64,000 nt of DNA from Octopus sinensis. Taxonomy: Eukaryota. The stretch's first letter is position 1. Each line of letters begins with the position of its first letter. Below the pieces are notes generated by a model. The model saw nothing but the letters and a program-made list of their open reading frames with translations. It searched no databases and had not been told where the DNA came from. The position numbers and the translations under genes were made by a program. Positions 62,501 through 64,000 of the stretch are shown here, piece by piece. The stretch lies in contig NC_042997.1 of assembly GCF_006345805.1 (NCBI RefSeq), forward strand, positions 160,704,001-160,768,000. Reading direction: 5' to 3'.

Positions 62501-62542
62501 ATATTTGTGATATTTGCGACATTTTTATTTCTATGCTATAAT

Positions 62543-62759
62543 ACTGTCTTACTCTCTTACTTGTTTCAGTCATTTGACTGTGACCATACTGGAGCACCAC
62601 ATTTAGTCGAGCAAATCGACTCCCAGGACTTATTCTTTGTAAGCCCAGCACTTACTCTAGCGGTGTCTTTTGGCGAACCGCTAAGTTACGGTGACGTAAA
62701 CACACCAGCATCGGTTGTCAAGCGATGTTGGGGGGACAAACACAGACACACAAACATAT

Positions 62760-62790
<31 letters not shown>

Positions 62791-62951
62791 CATATATACG
62801 ACGGGCTTCTTTCAGTTTCCGTCTACCAAATCCACTCACAAGGCTTTGGTCAGCCCGAGGCTATAGTAGAAGGTGCCACGCAGTGGGACTGAACCCGGAA
62901 CCATGTGGTTCGTAAACAAGCTACTTACCACACAGCTACTCCTACGCCTAT
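62543..62951 (-). mobile_element. SINE family A, near full length
   Basis: B-box-like GGTTCCGGGTTCAGTCCC in the head. Homologous to 8921-9373. Confidence 0.92.
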
Positions 62952-63351
62952 AATGTTTATTTATGTAAGATGTTTTATTTTTTAATGTTAAATTCGGTTA
63001 TCAGAGTACATTTAGAAAATGATTTTCATTTTTATTTTAAGTTTTCGAGCGAACATGCTTAGTACCCTCGGCTTCATCCGTTATTTTCCGGTGTTAATTC
63101 CTATACTTTACTAGCTTTGCATATATGTAGTTATTTTGTTCTTTGCCATCCGCTGATGAGAGCATCTGAAGAAATTGGAACGATAGGAAAGAATATCCAT
63201 ATTTAATCCATGGTAATGGTTATTAACATATAGCTTTTATGGTGTATACAAAACCGAACGAAGTCAAACAGCTGTGTCTAATTTTCAGGAAAGATCCTAT
63301 GTTGATAATCTGGATAAATTAATCAACAGTGGTTTTTTGCTACATATATAT

Positions 63352-63761
63352 TACTCTTTTACTCTTTTAATTGTTTCAGTCATTTGACTGTGGCCATGCT
63401 GGAGCACCGCCTTTAATCGAGCAACTCGACCCCGGGACTTGTTCTTATTCTTTTCTAAGACCAGTACTTATTCTATCGGTCTCTTTTGCCGAACCGCTAA
63501 GTAACGGGGACATAAACACACCAGCATCGGTTGTCAAGCAATGCTAGGGGGACAAACACAGACACACAAACACACACACGCATATATATATACATATATA
63601 CGACGGGCTTCTTTCAGTTTCCATCTACCAAATTCACTCACAAGGCTTTGGTCGGCCCGAGGCTATAGTAGAAGACACTTGCCCAAGTGTGCCACTCAGT
63701 GGGACTGACACCCGGAACCATGTGGTTGGTAACAACTACTTACCACACAGCCTCTCCTGCG

Positions 63762-63766
<5 letters not shown>
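63352..63766 (-). mobile_element. SINE family A, near full length
   Basis: Direct neighbour of 62543-62951. Head reads ataggcgcaggagaggctgtgtggtaag on the minus strand. Confidence 0.92.
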
Positions 63767-63797
<31 letters not shown>

Positions 63798-64000
63798 CGT
63801 TGATTTATTGATGTATATTGTATATTGTTGTGATTTATTTAATATTGTTGCAAGAGATATAGTAATTTTATTATCAAATGATTTTTAATATGGTGGTTGG
63901 GTTTTTCAGTATATTTATTTATACAATGAATGACAGTTTTATATAGAAATTATAAGTTATAATTGAATAAATTTGTGCCACTATCTGATGCTATACATAT

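Noticed and set aside
63153-63275. CTGATGA with a distant ACAGCTGT palindrome as a hammerhead
   Set aside because: GAAA is replaced by CAAA, spacing is ~110 nt and there is no convincing stem I or stem II. At most a dead relic.

Overview
AT-rich, microsatellite-saturated animal genomic DNA, most likely Octopus (inferred from the SINE families and the (TA)n/(CA)n/(ACAT)n/(GATA)n/(AAT)n landscape; not checked against a database). There is one 100-N gap (1337-1436). I find no intact, recognisable host protein-coding gene, and nearly all long ORFs in the track are microsatellite translations (MYVC, YIYI, HTHT). The real coding signal is from decayed retroelements: Penelope-like elements (RT and GIY-YIG; 0.6-1.3 kb, 12.6-14.0 kb, 43.7-44.2 kb), three R4/Dong-type RLE LINE fragments (26.4-28.3 kb, 52.6-53.9 kb), a HERO-type RLE fragment (37.9-38.5 kb) and RTE fragments. 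There are also many tRNA-derived SINEs and mariner- and hAT-type MITEs. SINE-A/B/C/D are my own labels. The most interesting layer is RNA-structural. At least eight type I hammerhead-ribozyme-like motifs sit in Penelope-type termini, almost all with a self-complementary stem III. Four lie within 2.5 kb at 33.3-35.8 kb, several have long structured stem II inserts (one with a compensatory change between copies), and one (13985-14017) has the C3-G8 core pair swapped to A3-U8. Other points: at least seven unrelated fold-back elements, microsatellite-specific nesting of RLE LINEs, an RFX X-box/CCAAT promoter-like island at ~4.15 kb, a YY1/CCAAT island at ~45.45 kb, and a candidate 27-nt microexon at 35041-35067. 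All structures and alignments were made by eye. Coordinates of decayed elements are approximate.
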